Below are positions 30,320 to 40,361 of a stretch of DNA of 64,000 nucleotides, in pieces (the first letter of the stretch is position 1; each line of letters opens with the position of its first letter). A model generated the notes under the pieces. That model searched no databases, was not told where the DNA came from, and saw only the letters and a list, made by a program, of their open reading frames with translations. Made by a program: the position numbers and the translations under genes. The stretch is from Fidelibacterota bacterium (GTDB taxonomy: Bacteria > Fidelibacterota > Fidelibacteria > Fidelibacterales > DSDE01): NCBI GenBank assembly GCA_046735395.1, contig JBJKQR010000063.1:1-64000 (forward strand). The letters are read 5' to 3'.

Positions 30320-31014
30320 TCTTCTTCCTTTCCGGTCACAAGGCTGCGGGAAGACGGTCCCATATTCATCAGCAGATCAATCACCGACAGACGCGGGATG
30401 AATTCACCCCACAGCTGCTTATAGGCATCAATCTGATCATCAAGATAGGTCAGTGTGATTCCATTTTCCTTCAGCAAATTTTCATCGTTATAATCCCGTG
30501 CGCCACTCCCGCTCAGATAGATGTCCGCAGCTTCACTGCGGCACAACTCAACAATGAGTTCGCTTTTGGCCGGGGGGGCATCCGTAATATCCGAAAGTCT
30601 GCGGATCCGGGTCCTCAGACCCAAATAGGCAACAGTTTCTTCGATAAAGGCAATATTCAGGGAAACAGGATCACCATGAGTCATGATAACTCTTTCGATC
30701 ATGGGGAAAATGTCGGCATAAAAGGGGGCACGGGTATAGCTCATGCGGAGCGTCTGCAGATGCTTTTCCTTCCAGGAATCACTGCTGAAACTGACTTCTG
30801 TGTAGAGGGCCTTGCCCATAAGTCCTTTCGGCGTGGTAATGGGCACCGACAGATAGATGGCTCCATTGGGCGTCTTGATCAGATTCCGGGCCGCCACACT
30901 CCTCCCCCGTGGAAACTGTACCGTATCCAGGATCACGAAAATATCACTGTGGGCGATTTTCCGGAAATAGCCGATCCAGGGAAGATAATTGGGTTGGTGC
31001 ATGGACAGAATCAT
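30316..31014 (-). CDS. WbqC-like family protein (copy 2)
   Basis: HQPNYLPWIGYF, DTVQF, YLSG.GARDY, LSVIDLLMN. Confidence 0.9.
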   Translation of the reverse strand: MILSMHQPNYLPWIGYFRKIAHSDIFVILDTVQFPRGRSVAARNLIKTPNGAIYLSVPITTPKGLMGKALYTEVSFSSDSWKEKHLQTLRMSYTRAPFYADIFPMIERVIMTHGDPVSLNIAFIEETVAYLGLRTRIRRLSDITDAPPAKSELIVELCRSEAADIYLSGSGARDYNDENLLKENGITLTYLDDQIDAYKQLWGEFIPRLSVIDLLMNMGPSSRSLVTGKEEE

Positions 31015-32024
31015 AGATATTCCCCAGCCTCCAGTCTTCCCAGAATGCTGCGGAATTCCTTTTTTTCGGCCAATTCCTCCGGATAGGAATTGAAGGGAAA
31101 AAGGGCAGGAAGTCCGCTTCTCAGCTGCAGCTCATAGTTCCATAAGGTCCGACAGCGTTCCTGAAGTGCATGAAGCACTTCCGCGGGATGACTGCACAGG
31201 TCCGCGTAGTCCACGGTCATCACATTGTCCGGATAGACCTCCGCCTGCCGACGGTAATATTTCCTGAGCAGAAAAACCTGGGCCGCGATCTGCTCCCGGG
31301 CCGGCAGATCCCGGATCTGTTCGTATTCCAGCGGTACATATGACCACCAGATACGTTCATCACCATAATATTTTCTCCGGGCATTCAGAATACTGACAGC
31401 CGCATCCGCCGGATCTCTGCGGATATGAATAAAGAGTGTGCGGGGCATTTCCTCGATAAACCGGCCCACGTGATACCCGGCCAGGATATTCTTTGCCACG
31501 AAGGGCCGGGAAAATTCGGCCTGAATATTCAGTATTATGAGCCGCAAGGTCTTCCAGTCAATGGAGGATTCAAGTTCTGAAGACCGGACGATATGGGACA
31601 GACTTCCCTTTTTCAGATGGTATTTCCAGAAATATCCGAATTCATGGATATCCCGGAGAGACTTCGTCGTGGCAAATTCTGACTGAAAATCACTGGACCC
31701 GGCCGAAGCCGACAGGTTTCGAAAGAGTTTCAGAGCGGTAAGCGGCGCCCGATAGAAGCGGGCATGAATATTATCGATATATGCGGCATCAATTCCCTGG
31801 GACAGCACCTGTGACAGGAGTGTGGTTCCGGAACGGGGAGCACCCAGTACATAAATAGCCGGATGGATCATCTGTTCCTGGTCGCGGTATAATGACTGCT
31901 CAAGCTCTGCCAGAGCATCATTCACCTGGTCCTGAAACTGCTCGTTCTCCCTGCTCTTGACGTATTTCCCGCGGCGCGAATCATAAAAATCGCTGAGTTT
32001 GTCAGGCTCGGAGCCTTGTTTCAT
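31011..32024 (-). CDS. PAPS-dependent sulfotransferase (copy 2)
   Basis: GAPRSGTTLL and RRDPADAAVS; ATGA overlaps at both ends. Confidence 0.88.
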   Translation of the reverse strand: MKQGSEPDKLSDFYDSRRGKYVKSRENEQFQDQVNDALAELEQSLYRDQEQMIHPAIYVLGAPRSGTTLLSQVLSQGIDAAYIDNIHARFYRAPLTALKLFRNLSASAGSSDFQSEFATTKSLRDIHEFGYFWKYHLKKGSLSHIVRSSELESSIDWKTLRLIILNIQAEFSRPFVAKNILAGYHVGRFIEEMPRTLFIHIRRDPADAAVSILNARRKYYGDERIWWSYVPLEYEQIRDLPAREQIAAQVFLLRKYYRRQAEVYPDNVMTVDYADLCSHPAEVLHALQERCRTLWNYELQLRSGLPALFPFNSYPEELAEKKEFRSILGRLEAGEYL

Positions 32025-32656
32025 ATCAGCCACCGTATGACTTCGAAGGTCTCAGCATAGCCGTTTCCCCCGATCTGAACTCCACGCGTCCGGGCCAGCG
32101 ACCGGATGAATTCGGAGGTCGCGTAATTTCGGGATTTCTGGGAATTATAGGCTTCCAGCGCGTAAATTTTCTTATCTATATGCCGTTCTTCCAGCCGGAC
32201 AAAACTCTGGGTCTGAAAGGTGAAATTATTCCAGGGAACCTCATATCCGAGAAGCGTGGTCTGCTTGAAGGCCCGCAGTCCCTCCATGGCAACAGTATAA
32301 TGATCCTGATGCGTGTCATGCACCGAAGGCATGAAGACCATATCCGGCTCCAGTTCCCGCTTCATCCGGACCATTTCCTCCAGCACATCCTGCCGGACAT
32401 AGTTCAGCTTCCTGACCGTAAACCCGAAGATCAGCAAATTCTGCGGCGGGATATCCAGTCGCTTTGTGGCTTCCTTCACCTCGATTTCCAGAATATTTTC
32501 GGGCAGACCCGCCGGCACACTTTCCTTTGCCGTACTGAAGGCAGCATAATAAACGTCAGCGCCTTCTTCATAAAATTTTGCGATACTGCCACCGCAGCCG
32601 AATTCACCGTCATCCGTATGCGGAGCCAGGATCAGGATGCGTTTTCTGTCTTTCAT
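32021..32656 (-). CDS. PIG-L/LmbE-family N-deacetylase
   Basis: APHTDDGEFGCGG and HQDH metal-binding motifs. Confidence 0.9.
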   Translation of the reverse strand: MKDRKRILILAPHTDDGEFGCGGSIAKFYEEGADVYYAAFSTAKESVPAGLPENILEIEVKEATKRLDIPPQNLLIFGFTVRKLNYVRQDVLEEMVRMKRELEPDMVFMPSVHDTHQDHYTVAMEGLRAFKQTTLLGYEVPWNNFTFQTQSFVRLEERHIDKKIYALEAYNSQKSRNYATSEFIRSLARTRGVQIGGNGYAETFEVIRWLI

Positions 32657-34608
32657 GCATTCTCCCGTGACATATAGGTTTGCAGATTAAACTCACGCCG
32701 TTTGAAACGGTCGCTGTCAATAAACATGTTTTTCCAGATCATCAGGCCGGCCATGATCCAGAGAAGGTTGTAATGCCAGCGCAGACCCGGATGCGCGTCC
32801 GTATCCAGAATACGCTGTATGTAGGCAGGATTGAACAGTCCCTCCCTCTTCACAGCTTCCGGGCTGAGCACGCTTTCCACCACACCCTTCAGATCCTTCT
32901 TGTACTGCAGATACGGATTCACGCTGAATCCCCATTTTTTCTTTCGCACAATGGACTCGGGCAACAGACCTTCCATACTCTTTCTGAACAGCGCCTTCGG
33001 CCTGCCCCGATGCATCTTCAGATGCAGCGGAAGGGAAAAACCGAAATCCACCAGGTCCCGGTCCAGGAAGGGAACCCTCTCCTCCACCCCGTGAGCCATG
33101 CTCATCCGGTCATCAACCAGTAAATAATCATTCACCATTTTGGTATGAAATTCAGTATATAATACTTGGTCAAGTCCAGAATATTTATGAACCTGTTCAA
33201 AATAAGGTGTGAACTGGTCCCGGACACGGATTCCCAGCTCTCCCGCTATTTTATTTCGAAAGGATTCCGAATAGATCATCCGGTGATTTCCCTGATCCAT
33301 ATCCCACACATTACGGAGGATGAGATACTGTTTTTCCATATCACCGATGGCCAGAAGCGCCTGAATACCCCGCCGGTATTCGTCATGGCTCAGTTTTCCG
33401 TATTTTGTCTGCAGACGGAACAGCAGATCGGATTTCCAGGCACCCAGTTTCATCATCCATCGGGGCACATGGCCAGCCGCAGATGAAACGGGATAGAGCA
33501 GCGTATGAATATCATAGCCGGCCAGCAGTTCGTCACCGCCCAGTCCTCCCAGTACAACGGAGATATCCTCCTTGACGAAGGAGGACATATTGAAGCCCTG
33601 CAGCAGGTTAATCTTCGGTTCCTCGGCATGCCAGAGCACCTCGGGAAATGCGGTGAGCGGATCCATCGCCAGACTTTTTGTATGATGTTCCGTTGCGAAA
33701 TGCCGCGCGATTTTTTCCGCGTCCGGAAATTCATCACTCGGTTCATTGAATCCCAGCGTAAAGGTCCGGATATGATCCACGTTGAGTTCCCGCATTTTCT
33801 GAACCAGAGTGGACGAATCCATTCCTCCCGACAGGTAGACTCCCAGCGGCACATCGCTGATGAGCTGTCGCTGAACCGCATTCTTCAGGTGGTACTGCAG
33901 CTCTTCCATCGCCTGCTCTTCCCGCAGACGGGGATTGATATTCATGCTCTGCTGAAAATACCGTTCAAGCCTGGTCCGTCCCTTTTCCCATACCAGATAA
34001 TGGCCGGGACGCAGCCGTTTGATACCCTGAAACAGCGTATCGTCTCCGGGCGTATAGCGCAGGTTGAGATGCTCGTGAAAACTCCTCCAGTTCACCTCCC
34101 GTTTCACGCCCGGGTGACACAGGATGCTCTTCTGTTCCGACGCTGCAATGAACAGCTGTCCGTCATCATAATAATGAAGCGGTTTGATGCCATAGTGATC
34201 GCGGACCAGAATCCATTTCATGTCCTTCATATCCATGAGGATGAAGGAGAAGATACCGTTCAGACGGTGAAACCAGTCGACCGACCACTGCAGATAGCCG
34301 TTCAGAAGAACTTCCGTATCGCTTTCCGTCACAAACTGCTGTCCTAAAGACTTGAGTTCTTCTCTCAGCTCGCGGTAATTATAGATTTCTCCGTTGAAAA
34401 CAACGGCCAGGCGGCCATCCCGGGAAAACATGGGCTGATCGCCGGTCTGAAGATCAATGATGGAGAGTCGGACATGGCCCAGGCTCATGTCTCCCTTGCA
34501 GAATAGTCCGTCCGCATCAGGCCCGCGATGCTTCATGATCGACATCATCTCCCGGAAAATCGATTCCGGAGTTCCACCCTTCTCTATGCTTCCTACGATG
34601 CCGCACAT
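32653..34608 (-). CDS. asnB: Asparagine synthase-like glutamine amidotransferase (probably sugar amidation)
   Basis: N-terminal MCGI, HRGPD, RLSIID, FNGEIYN, LSGGMDSS, RVPFLD; lies inside a glycan operon. Confidence 0.88.
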   Translation of the reverse strand: MCGIVGSIEKGGTPESIFREMMSIMKHRGPDADGLFCKGDMSLGHVRLSIIDLQTGDQPMFSRDGRLAVVFNGEIYNYRELREELKSLGQQFVTESDTEVLLNGYLQWSVDWFHRLNGIFSFILMDMKDMKWILVRDHYGIKPLHYYDDGQLFIAASEQKSILCHPGVKREVNWRSFHEHLNLRYTPGDDTLFQGIKRLRPGHYLVWEKGRTRLERYFQQSMNINPRLREEQAMEELQYHLKNAVQRQLISDVPLGVYLSGGMDSSTLVQKMRELNVDHIRTFTLGFNEPSDEFPDAEKIARHFATEHHTKSLAMDPLTAFPEVLWHAEEPKINLLQGFNMSSFVKEDISVVLGGLGGDELLAGYDIHTLLYPVSSAAGHVPRWMMKLGAWKSDLLFRLQTKYGKLSHDEYRRGIQALLAIGDMEKQYLILRNVWDMDQGNHRMIYSESFRNKIAGELGIRVRDQFTPYFEQVHKYSGLDQVLYTEFHTKMVNDYLLVDDRMSMAHGVEERVPFLDRDLVDFGFSLPLHLKMHRGRPKALFRKSMEGLLPESIVRKKKWGFSVNPYLQYKKDLKGVVESVLSPEAVKREGLFNPAYIQRILDTDAHPGLRWHYNLLWIMAGLMIWKNMFIDSDRFKRREFNLQTYMSRENA

Positions 34609-34612
34609 ACTG

Positions 34613-35623
34613 TCACAACCTGTTCATTTTTTTCAGGGCTCTGTATTTATCCATATACATCCGCATTATATTTCCAGGCCTGTCGTATCCGGAAAATTTG
34701 TGCTGATAGCCTATCAGTTCATCCCGTCCGCTCAGTGTATGCAGCAGCTCGAGCTGAAGCAGAACCAGACGATAATACCCGATGGAACAGGGATCCGGCT
34801 GCGGGTAATGGGGCATGCTGCAGAGATTGAAGCGAAGCCAGTAACCCATATCATAGTCCGGAAGCCGCTGAATGAGTCCCTCGATCCCTTTTTCGAAAAT
34901 TTTCACAGCCCGGTCGTGTGAGGATTTATCCAGGGATTCAGGAACCGCGCGGATAAAATCAAAAACCCCCAGAAGTGAAAAATTGTGCCCGTCAAGCACC
35001 GCCGTCGGCGCTTCCGCCGTATATTCTTCATAAATCGGAGCGTTGCTGTCCGCAAAGGCAGCGACGCCACCTTCGGAAATATCAACTTCAAAAGGCAGGA
35101 GTGCCCGGCCGGCCGTTCGCAGATACTCCTCCCTCCCCGTCATCTGCCAGGCCCGAAGCAGAACAGACAGTGCACGGCTTTGAGCAAAGGCGCTTTTCCA
35201 GGGCCTGAAGACCCGGTATTCCGGTTTGGGAATATCCGTCAGCCAGTAAGAACCCAGCGTGTCATCCTCAGAAACCGACTCCATGAACCAGTCGGCAATC
35301 CGCAAAAAATGATCCCGGACCTCCCCCTCGCCCTCACTGATCCAGCGATTGAATCTCGCCAGAGCATATTGTCCGATTGAAATGGGATAATAATGCCGCC
35401 GGGGATTTTCCACATCCACATAGGCATCATTCATGGGAATCCCCCTCGCGTCAAAACTGCTGATCAGCCGATTCAGCTTCCGGGGATCATCTTCAAATAG
35501 AAAATAATAGTGACCGAGTTTTTGTGAAAACAGGTCATCCGACAGTAAAAAGGGAGCTTCCCGTTTCCGGATATCCCGGAGAAATTTTGCTGCCATTTTT
35601 GACAGTTTATGAAGCTTTGCCAT
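34613..35623 (-). CDS. D-glucuronyl C5-epimerase family protein
   Basis: YPISIGQYAL, WKSAFAQSRALSVL.RA, YEEY, VLDGHNFSLLG and YDMGYW match the C5-epim_C motifs (P..I.QY.L, W.SAMAQG, YEEY, VLNGF, YD.G). Confidence 0.82.
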   Translation of the reverse strand: MAKLHKLSKMAAKFLRDIRKREAPFLLSDDLFSQKLGHYYFLFEDDPRKLNRLISSFDARGIPMNDAYVDVENPRRHYYPISIGQYALARFNRWISEGEGEVRDHFLRIADWFMESVSEDDTLGSYWLTDIPKPEYRVFRPWKSAFAQSRALSVLLRAWQMTGREEYLRTAGRALLPFEVDISEGGVAAFADSNAPIYEEYTAEAPTAVLDGHNFSLLGVFDFIRAVPESLDKSSHDRAVKIFEKGIEGLIQRLPDYDMGYWLRFNLCSMPHYPQPDPCSIGYYRLVLLQLELLHTLSGRDELIGYQHKFSGYDRPGNIMRMYMDKYRALKKMNRL

Positions 35624-36893
35624 CAGTCATGGAATCCATCAGTTCAGCCAGTTTGCGTACGTTATATCGCACATGATACTTATTTTCCGACTCTGCTTTC
35701 GTCGGTGCCGGCAGGGTCCGGTTCTGGAGCTGGTGCAGCAGATAGCTTTTCATTCCCGTCTGGTCTTCGATATCAAAGACCCGGCCCCGACCCGTATCGG
35801 TCATCATGTCCTGCAGGACTCCCCCGCTGCCGCCAATGACCATAATCGGCGCCCGGAGAGACAGGTAATCATAAATTTTTGTTCCCACACTCTTGTCGGC
35901 ATACCCGCTTTCAGCCTGAATTTTCAGAAACAGCGACGCGTCCCGGGCAAGCTCCAGCATGGATGCCTTCGGCATGTAATCCAGAAAATCGCAGTGAATC
36001 TCCTCGAGGGATTGAAAGCGCTCGCGGTATTCCCCGAACACCGAACCGATGAAGGTCAGCTGGATCTGATTTTTCTGCCTGCTGTCGAGGCTGTTCAGAA
36101 GCGTCAGAAAAGGGGCTGGATTCTGGGATTTTGCCAGATGGCCGAAATAGTAGATCCGGAATTTTTCCGATGGTACAGGCGTTCCGCCGATATCTTCATA
36201 TCCGTTGTGAATAACTTCATATGCCGGAGCTCCCTTCTTCACGAAGGTCTCGCCCAGGCCGGCACTGACAGTCGTTACACAGGAAACACATGAAAGAACT
36301 TTTCTCTCAAGCCTGCGGTTCAGTCGGTCGGTCAGACTCAGACGCCGCAGTTCCTTTTCCCAGAAGGCATCAGACCAGGGATCACGCATATCACAGACCC
36401 AGGGCAGACCGGATTTCTCAACCAGACTTCGCAGAGCCAGCTGAAGAGAATGAGGCGGAGAGGAGGAAAGTATCAGATCCGGTTTTTCCTGACGGATAAT
36501 TTTTCGTCCGCTTCGTAGGAGGAAGGGGATCCAGCCGATCCGTGCATCCGGTACGAACAGATTGGCCCTCAGGAAACGGGCCGTCTTTTGAACAAAGCCT
36601 TCCTTTTTCCCCCGGTTCAGAACATAGGTGGGAATTTTTTCACTTTTTCCTTTTCCGCTCAGAAAGCGGAAGAGGCCATACGGTTCTATCGCGGATGTAC
36701 GGTATACTTTAATATCTGCAGGCAGCTCCCGGATCAGCTCTTCATCACGAGCCGGATAATCCCCGTTTTTCACGGTAAGAATCACTGGTTCCCAGCCGAA
36801 TTCGGGAAGAAGGCGCGCGAAGCGAACCATTCTCTGAACGCCCGGCCCTCCTGCAGGAGGCCAGTAATAGGTTACCAGCAGTACCTTTTTCAT
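35607..36893 (-). CDS. Glycosyltransferase family 4
   Basis: MKKVLLVTYYWPPAGGPGVQR, PDARIGW, SSPPHS, DMRDPW, KIYDY. Confidence 0.88.
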   Translation of the reverse strand: MKKVLLVTYYWPPAGGPGVQRMVRFARLLPEFGWEPVILTVKNGDYPARDEELIRELPADIKVYRTSAIEPYGLFRFLSGKGKSEKIPTYVLNRGKKEGFVQKTARFLRANLFVPDARIGWIPFLLRSGRKIIRQEKPDLILSSSPPHSLQLALRSLVEKSGLPWVCDMRDPWSDAFWEKELRRLSLTDRLNRRLERKVLSCVSCVTTVSAGLGETFVKKGAPAYEVIHNGYEDIGGTPVPSEKFRIYYFGHLAKSQNPAPFLTLLNSLDSRQKNQIQLTFIGSVFGEYRERFQSLEEIHCDFLDYMPKASMLELARDASLFLKIQAESGYADKSVGTKIYDYLSLRAPIMVIGGSGGVLQDMMTDTGRGRVFDIEDQTGMKSYLLHQLQNRTLPAPTKAESENKYHVRYNVRKLAELMDSMTDGKAS

Positions 36894-39322
36894 TCCAGAG
36901 TCCGTTTCCTCCACAGGTCGTATCCCGTAATTCCCAGCAGAAGAAGTATTGCCAGGTTTCCGATCCAGACCAGCACACTGCTCAGATAATAGGAATGGGG
37001 GTGAAATTCCATGACCAGACTGTAGCTCCCTGCCGGAAGTTCTGCACCCCGCAGCAGATGATTCACTTTCAGAAGCGGTAAGTCCTCATCTCCCATTCTG
37101 AGAGTCCAGCCCGGATACCACATTTCTGAAAACACGGCAAATCCCGGTTTATCCATTTTCACATCAAAATTAAGCCGATCCGGCATGGAAGAAGTCATGT
37201 CTATTCGGCCGTTCCGGTCATACGAACGGGATTCATCAGTCCCGCTGCAGTAGGCGGTCTGCTCGGGCAGAAAGCTGGGGGCCTTCATCTGTCTCAGAAC
37301 TGCAGCCTCATCCGTGGCAGCTGACAGTGAATCCACCAGCCAGGCCTTGGGGAAGGCCATGGGGTTTTCAAAAAGTATTTCCTGACGGCCCTTATCCTGA
37401 ATAACCGGCTGCAGAAACGGCGCATCGGACAGCGGTGCCGGGGATACGATATAGCGGGCGCCGAGCATATCGAGGACGGGCCAGTTCAGCTTTCGGTTGC
37501 TTTTATCCAGAAAGAGAATATTTTCCATCACATCCTGAATGGACTGCATTTTGATGGCGCTGTAGCCGGTAACCATGGGGTAGAAATACGCATAATAATT
37601 GCTCTGAAATTCCCGGCCGAGTGTAAAGATACGGGCATTTTTATCCTGTTTTTCGAGATAACGGCTGATGTCCGTATCATGAAATGTCTGATATTCCACC
37701 TGCTTATGGTTCTGGAGCGACATGTTTTTATTGGCTCTGTTTGTTATGATGAACAGTTCGGCCGATATGAGTACAAGCAGGGCAAGAATCAGCGTCGTTT
37801 CACGGATGCGTTTCCAGGTATACAATGCGACAGCCAGAAGTGCCGCACCGCTGAAAATCAGGCCTTTCGTCAGTTCGTCCGTAAATATTTCCCTGCGGAT
37901 TCCGCGAATGATGGCAAGAGTCTGGCCATTGTACTGGCCGGCTTCCCGGGCCACCGTAAAGGCAAATCCGTCGCGAAATAGCAGGAGCAGCAACGTAAAG
38001 ATAAATCCTGCGCCCAGAACCGAAAATACCTGCGTCTTCTCCCGCCCTTCCAGCATGCGCGGCAGAGCCTGCAATCCCATCACAGCCAGGATGATGAGGG
38101 AAAAGAAGGTGGCATTGACGATCATCCCCGGAACCCTGAATTTTGAAAAATAGGGCAGGTACAGAAAAAACAGCCGGTACAGGCCGGGCAGATGGCGGCC
38201 CATTGCCAGCAGCACCGAAAAGACGGCAAAAACCGCCAGGCTTTTCGCCAGCAGGTCTTTTCGCCGTGCAAACAGTCCCAGAATGGCAAACAGCAGAATC
38301 AACAGGCCCACACTGTCATAACTCTGCGTAAAGGGCATCTGTCCCCAATACCCGGGAATCTGCCGGCCCCTCAGCTGAGGATAGGCCGTGCCGTCATAGG
38401 TTTCAGCCGAATACCCTCCGAATAAGCGGGGATACATGAAATTGAGAATTTCTGCCGGGGCCAGAGACCACCGTGTGGCATACTCAAAATCCACGCCATC
38501 ACTCTTCTGAGCCGACTCGGAAGCCGAATTCAACGAAACGGCATTGCCGCCGCGTGTACTGTAGGGTGTATAATCCCTGATCGTCAGAAAGGGCTGGGCT
38601 GCGGTCATGATCGTCAGCACCGAGGCTGCCGCCAGCATGGCAAGAAGCTTCCCTGCCCGCATCCAGTCACGGGCCATAAGCAGTTTGATATAGGGAACAA
38701 TAAACATGAAAATCAGAATCAGCAGGGCATAAAATACAACCTGAAAATGCTGGGTCCGGATCAGCCAGGAAAATACCAGGGCAAAAAGTCCCGCGTTGAA
38801 CCATCGGGCCCGATCAAACATAGCATGAAAGGAAAACACAAACCATGGCAGAACCATGAATGCACGGAGCTTTGTATTATGCCCCACTTCAACCAGAGCC
38901 TGCCAATGAGGCAGCAGAATGAAGCTGACAGCGCCCGCCAGTGCCCAGTACCAGGGCATCTTCAGATATTTCAGGTAAAAATACATTCCCAGCGCTGCGA
39001 TCAGAAAATACAGAAAGCGCCAGTCACTCACACGTCCCAGAAAATTGATCAGCGTATCGGGCATGAGAAGATTGGAAATACGGCGCGGGTAAGCCGGCAT
39101 TCCACAGAAGATTCCCGGATTCCAGAGGACGGTCTCTCCACTGCTCTTTTCATATTGCAGGTAAGCATGGGAAGACCCCTCGGAGGCGATACTGTCCACA
39201 CCTGCCGGTTCCAGGCCCAGAAAAAGAAAGGATCTGAACAGATACATGAGTGTAATGAGAATGACGGCAAATGAAATCAGATCTCCCGATTCGACCTTCA
39301 GTGTTTTACTCAGTTTCCACAT
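36890..39322 (-). CDS. YfhO-family GT-C membrane glycosyltransferase
   Basis: About 12 TM; LWNP.IF.GMP, YSTRG, YWGQMPFT, KFRVP; C-terminal FSEMWYPGW...VNHLLRG. Confidence 0.85.
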   Translation of the reverse strand: MWKLSKTLKVESGDLISFAVILITLMYLFRSFLFLGLEPAGVDSIASEGSSHAYLQYEKSSGETVLWNPGIFCGMPAYPRRISNLLMPDTLINFLGRVSDWRFLYFLIAALGMYFYLKYLKMPWYWALAGAVSFILLPHWQALVEVGHNTKLRAFMVLPWFVFSFHAMFDRARWFNAGLFALVFSWLIRTQHFQVVFYALLILIFMFIVPYIKLLMARDWMRAGKLLAMLAAASVLTIMTAAQPFLTIRDYTPYSTRGGNAVSLNSASESAQKSDGVDFEYATRWSLAPAEILNFMYPRLFGGYSAETYDGTAYPQLRGRQIPGYWGQMPFTQSYDSVGLLILLFAILGLFARRKDLLAKSLAVFAVFSVLLAMGRHLPGLYRLFFLYLPYFSKFRVPGMIVNATFFSLIILAVMGLQALPRMLEGREKTQVFSVLGAGFIFTLLLLLFRDGFAFTVAREAGQYNGQTLAIIRGIRREIFTDELTKGLIFSGAALLAVALYTWKRIRETTLILALLVLISAELFIITNRANKNMSLQNHKQVEYQTFHDTDISRYLEKQDKNARIFTLGREFQSNYYAYFYPMVTGYSAIKMQSIQDVMENILFLDKSNRKLNWPVLDMLGARYIVSPAPLSDAPFLQPVIQDKGRQEILFENPMAFPKAWLVDSLSAATDEAAVLRQMKAPSFLPEQTAYCSGTDESRSYDRNGRIDMTSSMPDRLNFDVKMDKPGFAVFSEMWYPGWTLRMGDEDLPLLKVNHLLRGAELPAGSYSLVMEFHPHSYYLSSVLVWIGNLAILLLLGITGYDLWRKRTLE

Positions 39323-39332
39323 GAGTCCCCCG

Positions 39333-40361
39333 CTATTTATAATATTTTTTTACAAACCCGGTAAATTCACCCTTGCCCAGAAGAATCCGGCGGATAAAGG
39401 CCCAGCCGAATCCGATTCCGTATCCCAGAATCTGTGTCGGTACCACAACCGGGATGAAGGGAAACACCTTGAAATCCCTGTATTTGAAAATTCCATGAAT
39501 TCCCATTGCCAGCAGAATGCAGAGGCCAAGTATCCAGAATCCAAGCATTTGCCCCGGAAAAAGCAGTGTGGCCACCACAACGGATAAAATGACGAGAGTA
39601 CCGAAAAAGGGCAGGAAATGCACCAGTTCCAGCATACCCCTGTCTATCTTGTATAAATTTATTCTCGCCACACCCCAGTTGAATACCTGCTTGAAAAATC
39701 GTCTGAGTGACGTGCGGCGCTTGTGATACACAACCGCATCCTGCACCTTGATAACCGGCTGTCCCGTGGCAATGATGCGATGGGAAAATTCGATATCCTG
39801 ACCGTGACGAAGCTGATTCATTCCGCCGATCTTCTCAACAATATCCTTCCGGACCCCCATATTGAAGGATCGGGGATAATATTTGGATATCTTCTTCTGT
39901 GAGTGTCCCCGGATGCCACCGGTCGTAAGAAACGAGGTCATGCTGTAGTCGATGGCTTTCTGCAGGGGGCTGAAGTCGGACAGCACTTTATCAGGCCCTC
40001 CGAAGCCACCCACATCCTTATCCGCGACAGCTTCCTCATAGGCGCTGAGCCAGGCCGGATCGGCTATGCAGTCGCTGTCGATGAAGAGCAGGTATTTCCC
40101 TGCCGCTTCAGCCATTCCCAGATTCCGTGCCTCGCCCGGCCCCTTGTGATCCTGGCGGAGAAGGCGCAGTCTGAATGGGCTCCTGGGCATATAGTCCTGA
40201 ACCCAGGTCAGTGTATTATCCGTTGATCCGTCATCAGCGATGATCACTTCGAATTTTTTGAAATCCAGGGTCTGCCGTTCAAAGGAGGCAAGCAACTCCC
40301 GAATTTCATCCAGACGGTTATAAGTGGGGATGATGACAGTGAACAGATATGAAAAATCCAT
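39333..40361 (-). CDS. Glycosyltransferase family 2 with C-terminal TM segments
   Basis: IIPTYNR, DDGSTD, GPGEARN, FIDSDC, PRSFNMG, YHKRR. Confidence 0.9.
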   Translation of the reverse strand: MDFSYLFTVIIPTYNRLDEIRELLASFERQTLDFKKFEVIIADDGSTDNTLTWVQDYMPRSPFRLRLLRQDHKGPGEARNLGMAEAAGKYLLFIDSDCIADPAWLSAYEEAVADKDVGGFGGPDKVLSDFSPLQKAIDYSMTSFLTTGGIRGHSQKKISKYYPRSFNMGVRKDIVEKIGGMNQLRHGQDIEFSHRIIATGQPVIKVQDAVVYHKRRTSLRRFFKQVFNWGVARINLYKIDRGMLELVHFLPFFGTLVILSVVVATLLFPGQMLGFWILGLCILLAMGIHGIFKYRDFKVFPFIPVVVPTQILGYGIGFGWAFIRRILLGKGEFTGFVKKYYK

